63,337 nt of DNA, filler included, from Hyphochytrium catenoides (GCA_900088475.1; 10 parts of 10 records of this genome joined end to end with filler, not necessarily neighbours in it), one strand, 5' to 3'. Shown: positions 37,901-51,579, counted from the whole stretch's first letter. Numbers and translations: made by a program. Notes: generated from the sequence alone by a model not told the origin.

Positions 37901-38782
37901 ATGTCGATGAGGAACGTGATGCTGCTAATCAGAGACCTGCCCGGCGCGATGAAGTTCTACACAGAAGGCCTTGGCCTGCGCGTCCAACAGGCCTCGGACA
38001 CCTGGGTAGAGCTACGCACCGCCAACAATGTGGCGATCTCCCTAAAGCAAGTAACAAGGCAAGCAAACTCCAATCTCCCTGTCTTTCTACGGCTAACGCT
38101 GTCCTGACGCGTAACTGAGATGCTAATATGGGGCCGCTGCCTGGTCAAACCCTTCACCAATCATAGTGCCCTGCCTTGGGGAAAGATAGCCGCGATATCT
38201 CCACGCTTTCACTCTCCATTAGTGTGTACGTTATTACTCGTCCTCACAGAGTACCCGAATTGGGCGTTCTGGGAAGGGCAGTTCAAATTGCCTCCTTAGG
38301 CGAGGTTCTTCTAGCGTTACCCTCCTCAGACGTTTCTCTATCACTCTGAGCTTTCACTTCCATAGCCGTCCTTCATATCGATAACTCTTACCTTCTGACA
38401 GCTCTTCCTCCTCTGCTCCTCAGTGAAGCGCAGTGTAGCACGGGGTATAGTCCTTTGATCAACTTCGATATTGAGAATATGGATGAGACACTGCCCAAGC
38501 TTCTTCAGCTGGGCGCTCATTTGGATGGTCCAGTGAAGTATCCAGCCTTCGGGAAGGTAAGGCCAGCTCGGTGACAAATTGCATAGCGTTGCCCTTCGTT
38601 ATCTCCTCCTATATCACCCTCTATGCCTCTCTCGGGGTCTCTCCGACGTCCGACAGCTACCTGGTGTGACGGTACACCCAATACTTAACATCGATCCTAC
38701 TCTATGCCTCCTATAGATCGCTGCAATTCGCTCTCCCGATGGGCACATGATTGGTCTATACGAGCCCGCTGTCAAGCACTAA
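37901..38782 (+). CDS. VOC/glyoxalase-bleomycin-resistance family protein
   Basis: Exons 37901-38058, 38424-38556 and 38717-38782: NVMLLIRDLPGAMKFYTEGLGL...GYSPLINFDIENMDETLPKLLQLGAHLDGPVKYPAFGK|IAAIRSPDGHMIGLYEP. Intron 1 is GC-AG. Confidence 0.92.
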
Positions 38783-38796
38783 GGGGGAGTTCAGTG

Positions 38797-38801
38797 TCTC
38801 T

Positions 38802-38847
<46 letters not shown>

Positions 38848-38913
38848 CTCTCGCTCTCTCTCTCTCTCGCTCTCTCTCTCGCTCTCTCGCTCTCTCTCTC
38901 GCGCTCTCTCTCT
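38797..38913 (+). repeat. (CT)n microsatellite with CG interruptions just 3' of the VOC gene stop
   Basis: Direct reading. Confidence 0.9.
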
Positions 38914-39602
38914 CCCTCCTTCTCCACCGTTATCGGGAGAGAACAAGGGCACAGAGAAAGTGTACCGCGGAACTTTGGATCTTTAGTCCCTGGAACCCCA
39001 GGAGTGGTCCCATAAATGGGAGGGAGATGATGAGGATGAGACTACATCTGCCCTATCCGCCCTCGCCCGTTCTGTAGTGAATCCGGACCTGAGTAGGACT
39101 TAGGGCGACCGAGGGAATACTGCCCGATGGACTCACTCATCTCCACCGCTTAATTATGGCTCCCCATTCAAGCGCCCGGTGATGCAGGTAGAGAGTCCCA
39201 CTTCCTTTTTCTCCATATATCTATCTGCCCTTTCCAGTCCGGAGCTGAAGAGATTCCACAGAAGAGAAGAAGAAAGTATAACTGTTCGATGTTGGCGGCC
39301 AGTACCGATCTATCTGTGCACGATTAGAACTAAGTTACGCAGAGTTGTAGACATGCTTTAGAGAAGGCGATCCCACCCAAACTAACTCATCTATATAGCT
39401 CTGGATAATCTAAGGCTGGCGCTACCGCCCTTTCAATGTTTCTTGGTGCTTCTTCGTCCTCTCACCTCTACCATTACTTCTGAAACCGGTGAAATAAAGC
39501 TCTTCTTTCTTGTCCAACTGTACTTTGCCGTAATAAAAGGCGATGTAGAGCATCAGAGCGCCAGGACATTAGAATTTAGGTCATTTTGTATTGTCGGACG
39601 TC

Positions 39603-42600
39603 CTACCAATAATACACTCTACTCGCCTTCCCCCCTTCTCTTCTACTTCTCTGTTCCCAGGGACTGAGTTTACTCTCGTATTCTCTTCTCTGTTGCCGGA
39701 GGTGGAGATACTCGTCCCATACGGACGCGAGTCGGGGGTGCGACGACAAGAGACAAACCAGGCTCTCTTTTTTCAGCCGGAGCACCTGTAAAAGAGCAGG
39801 GACAAGTAATAGAGGTTTGACATCAGACTGCTGCAGACCAAGTGCTCTTCATTCTAGGTCACTCCAGTTAAGCTCTTCCGACACTTGAAAAGGAATCTCA
39901 ACAATCAGGGTGGGGAAGAGGCGAAAGGCAGAGAGAATGAGAAGGCTGGTGGGCTTTCAGATCTACCTTGGCGGGGCCGGACGTGCACAGCAACGTCTGA
40001 GCCGCAAGCTCTTGTCGCTGGCCAGTCCCTTCCGGATAACCTTTCTCTTGTTCATCTTCGCCTTTTAAATGATAGGTTTCGCTTTCTGAACGGACGAAGA
40101 GCGAAACGATGCTCAGCTCCAGGGAAGTGAAGGAGAAGAGTCTTTCCCACCTGTAGAGAACAGTACGTCTCCTGGGAGGAACAAATCTTTTACAATCTGA
40201 GCGCTTCCTGCATCCTCTCGACTTTCCACTTTTCCCTCCAGTAGAAAGAAAACCCCATCCACCTTGTCGCCTTCCTTCACTAGAAACTACGCATGGTAAG
40301 TAGTACTGGTCAGCAGCACGGGGTGCTCCCTTTCTCTACCCATACCTTAGAGAGAAGTCTCCCTATCTTTCAGATCCTCGATTCTACTCATACCTCTCCC
40401 TCCAGATCCCTTTCGTGCATTGCGTGAGCCCATAGGACTGGCAAAGACCGCAGCTTATTCTCTCGTCATGGAAACCCTTCTCCCTGCTCCAACATTTTGT
40501 TTGTCTCTCGCTCAAAGCAAAACCTCACCTCGCCCTCCTTGTACTCTTCCCGTCGAAGGTCTTTCAAGTGAAGCGAGAAGGTTTGTAAGAGAGCTTTTCG
40601 AAGAGTCCGTAGCTTTGAACGGCGCAAACGATCTTTGATGTCGGCGAAGGTCTCTGAGAGGCTTCGGATAAAGAGTGAGAACTTCTATAGATTAAGGGTG
40701 GGAGGTGGAAGCAAGGAGGAGTGAGACAGAAAAAAGAGAGAGGGGGAGGTGCAGATAGCGTGCTTGCCAAGAGAACCGCAATGTTAATTAACGCCTCACC
40801 AGGCTAAGCTATAGTAGGCGTAGATGAACAGCTAAAGGTTTGACTTACCTTAGGAACTCCTGTGTGGGGAGACAGAGGCATCTACACTCTCTGGAAATGC
40901 AGGTAGTAAACCTATCCGTACATTCCAGCACTCCCAACCCTAATACTCGCACAAAAAATTGGTGAGAAGATGAATGACGTTCAAAATATAGAGCTCGTCC
41001 CAACAGCAACCACCAGGGTCACTGGGCTACCAGTGAGATAGAGCTTCGTAGTAACCAAACAAAGCCCTCGCGACACAACAAGCAAAGAGCCAGGAGTCAG
41101 AAGTCAAGGAAGAAGGCCCCAAGAGGCCCCGGTTGCGTCAAGGATAACAAGGCAGGAAGCAACCGTAGAATGTCGCCACCTTGCGTACCAAAATATCTCA
41201 GAGAAGATGATTGAGTTACATACAAGAGCTAGAGAAGTATTGCCGAAGTTGGTAGAGATCTCATCAAAGACAGAGAGAGCCGGAGAAACAAGAGAATGGA
41301 GACATGTATCGCAGATTTTCTGTAGAACCTTAATAGGGACAAGAGGATGGGCAACTCGAATAGTATAATCATGATACCTTCGTGCCCTATAACGTCCCAC
41401 CCCAGTCCTCCTTGTAGCATCCGAAGGTCTAAACTCATGACCGATTCCTTAAGTGCGCTCTCTACCTACACCAGATCAAGGATCAGGCCAGTATGAGAAG
41501 GGACATGTCCAAAGACTTAGATGAGTCTGCGGCAGGCAAAGGGGTTTCAGGGGATCAGTCTCACCCTTCCAGAAAGTAAAAGACATAGCTTGCCCTGAGT
41601 GTTGATGTTTTTCCTTTCCTCAACGACGGATAAATCTAGACCCCCAAGCACATGCGTGAGGTCCCCGAGAGTGAAAAGCGTTCTTTTTCTCATGTCCTTG
41701 CCCTCAATGTCGTCTGGGTTCCCTACAGGTTAATATGTTAGATCCCCTCTCCACTTTATTGGCCCGATTGTTCTTTCATTGTCCTCGCTTCTCCCCTACT
41801 CCAGCTCGCCGTTTATGACTCACTTTCTGCGGCTGCCTCCATCATGCACTGCAGCTGATCACTCGAGAAAGACATGCCCAGGGTATCGGTAACGATGCGG
41901 CTCAAGTCTATGGGGTCATTACCAATCAGCAAGAAGCCGTAGCAACTCTTTTGCTATCGGGTCGGAGGCAACTGGAGGCAGCAGACAAACATATGGTACG
42001 ATAGGGACAGGAGACAGGAATATGGGAGGGGCTTTGGCGGACGTCCAAAGTAAAGATACGCTGAGTGAAGGTCGAAGATTAATAAAATAAGGAACTATGC
42101 TTTACCACTGGGGGTGATGAAGCCCTTTTTCTGCCAGTCTAAGCGACTATAGAAATTTGTGATTAGAGTGTGCTGGGCGCGGAGCCTTTGCCGTGCGACT
42201 TCAGAACACGCCGGAGAAAGGAGCGGATTTAGGGGTTGGCCAGTAAGCTTGACCTCTCCTCTGTCAAAAGCGTCTAACAGCAAAGCCAGGAAGATATTTC
42301 GGAGCGCTGTTTTGTCATGCTCTTGAGCCACTATATCGTTAGCCCGACCAGAAGAGGCAGACGGGCAGAAGGAGGGGTGAAAGAGGTCACTTATAAGTGG
42401 CGACATCACGTCTTCGTAATAACCGACCATTTCGTATTTAACACAGTGGCAATATCTGTCTGAAGGGCAGGAAGAGAGCAAAGGTGCGGACTCTGCAATA
42501 AGGCAGCGATAGGCGCCGGAGGTAGATATTCTTACCTTTAGGGGACCCAGTCTCACCCTGTGAGCACTCCCCCATTCTGAGCCATGGATGTTCTAGGACG

Positions 42601-44849
42601 GCTTGGATAGAGGGCCGATCTTGAGGGTTCCTCCTCAGCAACGTTTTCAAAAAGCTTTTGGCCAGTACGGAGTACTCGTCCCTGCTAAGGTGTACATTGA
42701 GTCTTGGAAGACATGAGCTGCCACAGAAATCACAGAGCATGTTGGCACCCCTCCCCCGCACGACTCCTTCCTGGCGTACTTTATGACAAAGTTGAGCACC
42801 CATACCCAACCTCGGACTTCCCTTCAACTCTGTCCCACAAGCCGCACTCACCCGAGAGTGTCCCCTACACTGTTGGTTTCAGAGGGCAATCTGCCACTCA
42901 AAAGAAGCGACGTCAGCACCCCGAACGACCTGCAGAGAGAGACAGGCCCTTCGTTAGACTCAATATCCTTATCCCAAAACGAGACTGCTCCCACACGTCA
43001 GGACTAACCGCCCGTAGCTACGCCTCACTTGAATGCTAATCCCAATTTTTTCTCTCTGAACCTTACTTACACGCACGCTACTTTTGGATGAGTTGACCCC
43101 TAACATGATGTCTCACGCTATGAAGTCATAAGTTTGCGGTCCTGATGGAGCTCTGTCGTAGAATAGAGCATCAGAAGGAGAAGCTCCCAAAGCTCTCATC
43201 CAGGCCGCCGCCTATGGACCATATCCCGGGCAGAAAGCTCAGTCGTTCTCACTAACACCCCACTCCCAAGCCCTTACCCCTAGCAGAGCAGCTTGACATA
43301 CAACTAACTGCTCCAAGCATCTCTCGTACCAAACGTCTGAGGCCTTGCTTCTTCCCCTGCCTAACAGGACTTCAGGAGCTACGAAATCATCTGGCTGGCT
43401 CTTCAGAACCTCCATGTCATCCCCGACATCCTCTCCAGCATGTTGGGATAGTCCGAAGTCTATTAGGGCCACTCGTGGTGGGTACCGGAAGCCTCCCTCC
43501 TGGGAAGGATCGGAAGGATCCTTTGGTGAGGAGGAGCTCGCGTTGACTTCATGGCGGACCAGGACATTTTCCGGTTTGATGTCTCCATGTATGATATCCT
43601 GATCGTGGAGATATTTTATCGCGTCTCCCACTTGGAGTAGAATTGTCCGCGCCTCAGACTCTGAGAGCCTGCCTCTCGCCTTAATTACGTCAAAGAGCTC
43701 GCCGCCCTCTATGGCCTAAGAGCGGTAATGTTAGTCATCGATCCAAAATCGGTGTCCCTCCTTTGCCGCTGCCCTATAGACAAAACCTCGTAGCAGGTCC
43801 TAGCCTTGGTCACTTGTACGTCTCTGCCCCTTTGAATACCGAAGGACTTGTTTGCCCTGGCCCGTTTGTCTTTGCTCACCCTTCCACTTATGTGTACTTC
43901 TGCCTCAAACTTCACGAAGGCGTTGGGTGATCAAAAAATTTCTAGCGTTTGACACTGGACCAATGTCTCACTCTCAACACTTAATATCATCTGCCGCGAC
44001 TCTATAATAATCACCGACTAAGTGAGTAGCTCTGTCACCATTCGCGCATTATATCCACCCTATCGTCCTCAGCCAGTGATTGAACCCATCACACCTTGTC
44101 TGCGTCACAGTTTGTTCTTTGACTCCCTCGCGTTTATTCCTCAGTCTCTATCATTTGCTTTCGCCCGGTGGTTATGCCAAGGGCCATCTCACCTCCATGA
44201 TCAGATAGACGTGCTCTATGGTTTCGAGCACTTGATACAGCTTGACGATGTTTGGGTGCCCATCCGCCGCCTTCAAGAGTTCTATTTCTGTTCTATGGAG
44301 AAAGTGATGACACATGCTTATCTTTCGTTCTAACAACAGCTCAACGAGAGTTTTTCTCAGGAGAGTAGTAAAAGTAGAGTGCCTTAATGAAAGACAAAGA
44401 TTGCCCTTACCCTATGTGCTTAGCACAGGTGTCCATCCTGTTCAATATCTTGATGGCAACTCTTCGCCCTGTTCTCTTGCAGATGCCGCGCCGCACTTCC
44501 CCGTTCACACCTTGAAGGGTGTAACAAAATGAAGATCAGGTTACGGGGAAGAATGGATGACTTAACGTCAATGTAGGCTAACGACGGAGGTTTACCCTCG
44601 AGGAGTGTGAGTAAGGACAGTGTTTGGGGGGGAAGTCATCGCTCATAAAGTGGTTAGACAGGAGCATGATGATCTACTGAAACTTTGACGGAGTAGTAAA
44701 CCTGATCCATAAGTGCCTTCCACCTCGTACACCTCCTTGAGCGCCTCCTCGTCCTTGACTGTTGTCGCTTCACCTCTTGATGCCGTCCTCCGCTGTTCAC
44801 CTTCCGCTGCTGCTTGTCCTGGACAGTAATCTTTAGCATTCAGCGCCAT
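39603..44849 (-). CDS. CAMK-group Ser/Thr kinase with EF-hand and two C-terminal cNMP-binding-like domains; may have additional 5' exons
   Basis: Spliced kinase motifs GSGVNGEV, VAIK, HPNIVKL, IME|AIEGGELFD, HGDIKPEN, DFG, APE, DVW|SFGV, RPSIQAVLEHPW. Then EF-hand-like LDWQKKGFITPSDL, CNB-like LCLLLSGRV...DVIGHE...CLCLPTQEFLSL, and EEYKEGE|FLVKEGDKVDGVFFLLEGKV...PGDV...VLRLKKESL. One internal exon near 41000-41350 is unresolved. Confidence 0.85.
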
Positions 44850-47050
44850 GGAGGCAAGAAGGCCTCCCAAAATAATAATGCCATGGAAAGTTGCAGCTGA
44901 AAGCCTAATCCTTTTGTGCTGCTGGCAAAAGCAGAGCGCCAATGATGAATGGATGCCCTGGGAGCATTTCCTGGAAGGACAGTAGGCTAGCACCTTCAGC
45001 GGACGTGCTCTGCCAGTCTGACCCACGCGAATCCCTGAGAGCCAACGGGAGGAAGCGATATAGGACGATGAAGACGGTAAGTGAACATTAGTGCTAAAGA
45101 ATAAGAGAAGAAAGCGACAGTCAGGAAAAGGAGGAGCGACCGAGAAGACTTCCAGCCGGTGTCATAGCCGCGAGGGAACGATATAAGGGTGAAAGGTAAA
45201 GCGAGAGCCAAGTCTAAAGAGAGACACAAAAACTGAGGTTGTGCATGTAGAATAGAAGAGCTTCGACACCAATAGCTGTTTACGTTGCCTTTAGAGGATG
45301 CTGGTCTTGTTCTCATTCTTGCTTCAGTCGACTGCCCCACTCCTCGCTTTCTATGCACGATACTTCGCCACTTCTCGTAAGGGTGACTGCACCATGCAGA
45401 CACTCTCTTCTCTATTGTCCTCGCGGCAGAAACTAACATCATCCTCCACTCCAGCTGCGAGTTTGGTTCAGGGAAATTTGTCCCACTGGTCAGAAAGGTG
45501 GTCAAATCTTCTATAGGACGACGTCCGGTAGAGCTTGGGGCTTCCTCATTTGTCAACACTCAGGGTCTTAGGGACCGGGACTTATCTCCTACTACTACTA
45601 CTTCATCTTCTCCTGCACCCGTACTGGCAGCAAATCCAGCAGCTTTCCTTCTCCCAGGAGATCAGTGCCGTTGCGCGATCAAACTGGGGCAAGGACAACT
45701 GCGCGTCAGGAGGAGGGAGTGTGCGGACGACGAAGGACATAAGCCGAAGCGCCGCAGCCAAGGAATGAGCAGCATGAGGTTGTCTCGGACCGCACATGGC
45801 GAGGGACGAGTGAGCGCATCAGGTTGATGATAGAAGACCACGAGGTCGGTCAAAGATTTGCTCTCCCTCGCCTGTCTCTCTGTGATCTCTCTGATCCGTC
45901 ATTATTGTGTGCACAATTTTCTATAGGATCCCAGACGCTAATAATAATTACAGTAACTTCAGGCAACTTCTTCAACAGCCACTCAGACCTACCCCAGAAC
46001 ACGGCCCATGCTGAAGCACTGTACACGTCGTATAGTTGCTGACGGGACAGTAGTATTACAGGCAAGTGATCCCTTTCTTGACAGCAGAAACAAGAACAAC
46101 GAGTCTGTATGTACACAAAAAACTCCACACAGGAGGAGCGCAGCAGGCGCAGCAACAACAGCGGAGGAGGAGGAGGAGGAGGAGGAGGAAGGGAGCAGGA
46201 GAATGACACAGTCACCTCATCATCCAGTGTAGCAGGAGTACTCATCGTTCGGCAGGAATTGTACCCATTGCTTGATGATGACGTGGTGGTGGTGGTGCAT
46301 GTACTTTGACCATCCGAAGGACATCCTCTATCATACGTGGAACGGCCCCTCCAAGGAGGCGCTCCTGTATGTAGTAGTAGCTGCTATGATGTACCTAGTT
46401 CGTCCAGGAGGGGGTATGTCTTCATCCTCTCTCTTCAGTACCATCTACGANNNNNNNNNNNNNNNNNNNNNNNNNNNNNNNNNNNNNNNNNNNNTTAATT
46501 AATTAANNNNNNNNNNNNNNNNNNNNNNNNNNNNNNNNNNNNNNNNNNNNACAGAGCTCAGTTGAGAAAACGCAATTCATCGTGCAAGTGCTCTTTTCAT
46601 AGCCGTGAATAACGAGAACATCTCTGTGCTACTCAGCCCAAAGACTCAACTCTGTTCTCTATATCAACAGATTCCGTGTCCTACTTTCTTTCTTATGATT
46701 TCTCTAGAAATTTGTTCTTGCTTCCTGAATATTTTTCTCTTTCCGACTTTACTTCTTCCCTTCCTTCTGGCCACCAATTTATTGCCGATTCTCTTGTCTG
46801 AGACGATGGATCCCTTGATGACCATTCGATCATTTCCAAGCACTCTCTATTCTCTCCCGCTGCTAAGAGCATTCCTCTCTGCTTTCCCTCTTGCATGTCA
46901 TTCTTATAGCTTCGCATACTTAGGCTTTATAGGACTTAGGGATCATTAGTTCATTGAGCTCTGCTCGAGCTCATAATCTTCATTTCATCTCATTCTGCTA
47001 TTTGAACCATAACGAAGAAGAGCTTCCAACCAACTCTGCCATCCCATCAA

Positions 47051-47342
47051 AAAGGACGGTAATGTCCAAGGGGAGTGTGTTACTAAATCTAGGTAGATCA
47101 GAAGTTGCTCATGAGGAGTCACTCTCTGCCCTTAATAGCCAAGGACCAAGCGAGTCAGAAGAAAGAATGGAGCACTCTGAGGAGGACCTATCTTCCAAAG
47201 GACGGTAGAGTCCAAGGGGAGTGTGTTACTAAATCTAGGCAGATCAGAAGTTGCTCACGAGGAGTCACTCTCTGCCCTTAATAGCCAAGGACCAAGCGAG
47301 TCAGAAGAAAGAATGGAGCACTCTGAGGGGGACCTATCTTCC
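47051..47342 (+). repeat. Tandem duplication, two copies of a 146-bp unit
   Basis: 47051-47196 and 47197-47342 align without gaps with about 5 substitutions. Confidence 0.92.
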
Positions 47343-50300
47343 GCTGATGAGGAGCAATCCACAATGGTTTGTACCAGGTGACAGACTCTGAGACGGAAGA
47401 CAAACACGCGTATACAGCAGACTACGTGCAGACACTACAGAACATTAATTATGGGAAAGGGGAAGCGACCTACAAGGCAAGTATAACATACAGGAATCAG
47501 GACGTGAAGGATATGACACCTAGGGAGAATGACCCAAAGGACATGGAAGGAGACATTACCTAGAGAGGGATATTGAAGTAGCCAGAATGCTGCGGATACC
47601 TGTCCAAGGTACAGCATTAGTGTAGGGCTTACAGGACTTACAAAGGATGTAGGAGACAACTGACAGTAGCAGATATAGCGAAGTAGGATAGCACGAGGAG
47701 AACATAAGTTAGGAGGCACAGTAAGAACAGAGTAGACAGAGAAGAGCAGAGTATATCATAGACTTAGTAGAGAACCTAAGAACTAATTCAGTCAGTTGAG
47801 AAATTTCCAGAACAAGACTAACAACTCACGCTATTATTCCTCAACAAAACTTAGCGCCGCTCGCCAGGCACGCGAGGCGTTTAGCTACAGAGTGTACCAA
47901 AGTTTAGAAAGCTAGTGGTACAGCGGTGGTAACAGGTGGAAAGAGAGGCAAAGACGAGGAGCAAGGGAAGGAAAGGGCACCACGAAAATGTTCAAGATGA
48001 TGGAAATGGCGAGGAGGGGCGGACAAATGAGGAAGAAGGGGCTGAATGATTGGAGCTGGGGTAGTAGAGTTAGGAGGGTGGAATTTAGTGGGCACTTTCA
48101 AGTCTCTAGAAGAGTATGGGAGAGTAGCTGGTAACAAAGGGAGCATTTTTCAGGTTTTGAAAGATAATGTTGACGGCATTTGGTGCCAGGGAGGGAAGGA
48201 GCACCAAGACAAGTTTCCCGGAGGATTGGGGTTCGCGAAAAGGGATATAGTAGTGAAACGGGTGAGATAGGAAAGTAGGGGTAGTTAAAAAGGTAGGGAT
48301 GAGGTAAGTAGAGGTGAGAAACATTAGGACACCAGCAAAAATATCAGGCGGACCGGAATATAGTAGGCAGCATCATGGCTGGGCAGCTGGTAAGGACAGC
48401 TGTTAGGACTGAGGAGTTAAGCAAGGGGCAGCTACTTAAAAAGAACAGCGGGAAAGAGAAACGATATCGGGAAAGGGAATAACCAGCGCGAAAAAGAAAG
48501 CAGCGGGTTAGGGAGTTTGTTAGCAAGCGAGTTAGAGAGAGGATAGTTAGCGAGTTGAGGCGGGTTTGGCGGTAGGTGAGCGGAATAACGAGNNNNNNNN
48601 NNNNNNNNNNNNNNNNNNNNNNNNNNNNNNNNNNNNTTAATTAATTAANNNNNNNNNNNNNNNNNNNNNNNNNNNNNNNNNNNNNNNNNNNNAGGACAGG
48701 AGAAAGATGGAGGGTGATGGAGAGAAGAGAAGGAAGTTGAGCCGTGATATAATCAAGAGAGAGACTAAACAACCTCATCATGTGGCCGAGTAGAGGACAT
48801 ACGAAGCACAATTGGAAGTGGGCGTGAGTGCGAACAAGTCAGAGCGATAAGCTCTCAGAGAAGAGAGAGCGTGGGAGACAGGCAGGAAAGAGAGGGAAGA
48901 AAGAAGAGAAGAAGACATGCACAACGGCAACAAACAACAAAAGATGCAACAATTTTAAAAACCTTGCCCACCGCGTCCTCCTGTTACTTGCCTATTCTCT
49001 CCTCCTCCTGAAGGCGCATCTCCTCATCCTACTCCGTGCACAGTCCGCCGTATGGCTTACCAAGCCACGGGACTGCGTAGATCCTGAATCCTGAGTGGGA
49101 GAGAAGAGCTGACACGCAGCCACCACTTCTTCTTCTTTCAGCTTTCATTGCTTCTCTCTTTCTTTCTATCCTCTTTTTTGTCCTCTACTACTCCGATCCT
49201 GGTGTTCAGAATCTCTCCATCTTACCTGCCTCTCTTTATTCTTCTGAATTGAGAGGAAGAAGAGGTCCGTCACCCAGGAGAACAGCCTCATCAGAAGAAA
49301 GCCCTCTCTTCTTGATCATCCACTCTGTCAGTACTTTTATAAACTCTTTTCTGTCTCTTTCTGGTGGGTGCTCTCGTGGTCTCGCTCTTCTTCCGCCCGC
49401 CATGCACTTCGCCGGCCATTGTCCTTCTCTTTATGTCGGTCTGACGCTTGCTTTATTTAGCACCCGCTCTAGTCAACTAGTGAGGTTGGGGCTGTCACTT
49501 ACTAACTCCTGCCCTTTCTTGCCCGGAGTCTCTCTTTCTTCTTCTCTAGTTTAGTTACTCGTCTAAAGACTAATATATAAAATAATAAGAGCTAATAGGA
49601 AAGCGCAAACGGAAGAACAAGAGCATCATCAAACGTCGTACTCTTCCTGCCGAAGAAGAAAGAGGAGGAAGAGTACGAAGAAGAAGACGTTGATGGGCAA
49701 GAAGAAGCGATAAAAGGCTAACGAAGGATGGCAGATCTCCTTCAAGAAACCTATTTTGCCTCCTCAAAAAGAAGGAGAAAGGCGCGTGGTAGTAGAAAGA
49801 GATGCATATGATGAAGAGGAAGAAAAGATGAAAAGGAAGAAGGGCTGATGATGGAGACGACGGACGAAGCAGAGGCATCAGCAACCACGACGAGGAGAGT
49901 CGCCCTTCATAAGGCGGAAGCTTACAAGGGCATTTGTCCTTATTATCTTCATTATGAAAAACTAGTACCGGAGAAGAAGAAAGCCAGCTTTGGTAAAGAG
50001 AAGAAATAGAGTTGATGGCGCACTCGTCGTACGCTACTGCCGTACTGACGGTAACGACCCTGGCCCCTTCTCATACGATTGTAAGGAGGAGGGTTGAGGG
50101 ATGATGAGGGGCTGAATCGGCAGCCGAGCGCATCCTGAGAATATTGTATCATCTACCGTAGTACAAGAAAGAAGAAGAAAGGTAAAAGACCATCGAGAGT
50201 GGAGTGGACAGAAGCATCAATTTGTACCACACTCTCTCTTCTGAGGCGGCAGTCAACTGCTGCGTTCTTCTCAGAGTCTTCTCGCTCCCTCTCGCCTCAT

Positions 50301-50689
50301 ACNNNNNNNNNNNNNNNNNNNNNNNNNNNNNNNNNNNNNNNNNNNNTTAATTAATTAANNNNNNNNNNNNNNNNNNNNNNNNNNNNNNNNNNNNNNNNNN
50401 NNCATCGAAATTGGGCCCAAAGGGGCTACAACTTTCAGGCGTTGGAGGGTTAAGACAAGCAAGTAAACATGGAGCGTCGTATTTGGCCCCTTCTTCATGA
50501 GACGATAGAAGTTCCACATACCGTTAGTCACAGGACACAACCCATTATAGCCCCAGCTTCTTCTGCACTCTGTGTTCTCCTACGTTCATCACCATGATAG
50601 GTGTTTGTCATGGGCCTCTTTGGTCTTCTGTGCTCTGCACTATATCTTTGTCTCTGGGCCATCTTCAGTTGGCTGTCTTTCTTCCGCTG

Positions 50690-51545
50690 TCTTTTTTCCT
50701 TCTCACCGTGTGGATGATGCTCCTTTCATTTCGGCAGTAGCGCAGCTGACTGTTTTCCTCCCTTTCCTTCTCTTCTGTGCGAAGGCCCTGCCTTACGGAG
50801 GGTAAAGGGTGGTTCCAAGATCTCCTACTTCTTCTTCTTCTCTCGCCCCTGCACTCTGTCTTCGAGCAGTGCTTATTGGCAAAGTAATATGCCAATCATC
50901 TGGCTGTCTTCCTTTCCTTCTCTTCTATTATTCTGTGGAGAGGCTCTGCCTTACTTCCTGTGAAAAGGCTCTGCCTTACTTGTGCAGGCAACGGCCCTCG
51001 TGGCAGGCCTTCCATTCTTGTCATTGACGCTTCTCATTGGTTGTTTAGAAAACACGTTCTTAATCAGATCTATTCGCGTCCTCTGTTCCTTCTCTTCTGT
51101 TCTCTCGGAAGGCTATGCCGACCTTCTTTTCAATCATTGATCTTCTCACAGCTGTTTGTCATTGGCCCCTGTTCTCTCTTGCGCTTCTGCACTATACGTT
51201 TGTCTCCCAGGCAATTCTCCAGTTAGCTGTCATTCTTTCTTCTCACCTACTGTAGAGTGGTATGCCAATCATCTGCCTGTCCTCCTCCTTCTCTTCTCTT
51301 CCTTGGCAGTCTCATCTGACGACTGTCTTCGGTGGAGAGGCTCTAGCGTGATATGCCAACCATGTGGTCTTCTCTCAACTTGGCAGGAGCTTATCTGGCT
51401 GTCTTCCTTCCTTCCCTTCTCTTCTGTGGGAAGCTTCTCTTCTCTTTGTGGGGAGGGTCCCGGAGGCAGTATCTCTCGTAAAGGGTAAAACCGAGATCTC
51501 CTACTTCTTCTCTCGCCCCTGCACTCTGTCTTCGAGCAGCGCTTA
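50690..51545 (+). repeat. Patchwork repeat block A
   Basis: Units AGATCTCCTACTTCTTC..TCTCGCCCCTGCACTCTGTCTTCGAGCAG at 50818 and 51494, and GGCTCTGCCTTACTT twice at 50942-50980. The same modules recur in block B. Confidence 0.75.
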
Positions 51546-51579
51546 CAATTCATATACTCTTTTCCCACGAAGTCCATAG

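Noticed and set aside
47890-48592. Pyrimidine-rich minus strand with a KCSLC fragment, possibly a LINE 3' end
   Set aside because: The motif is too short and interrupted to support a call.
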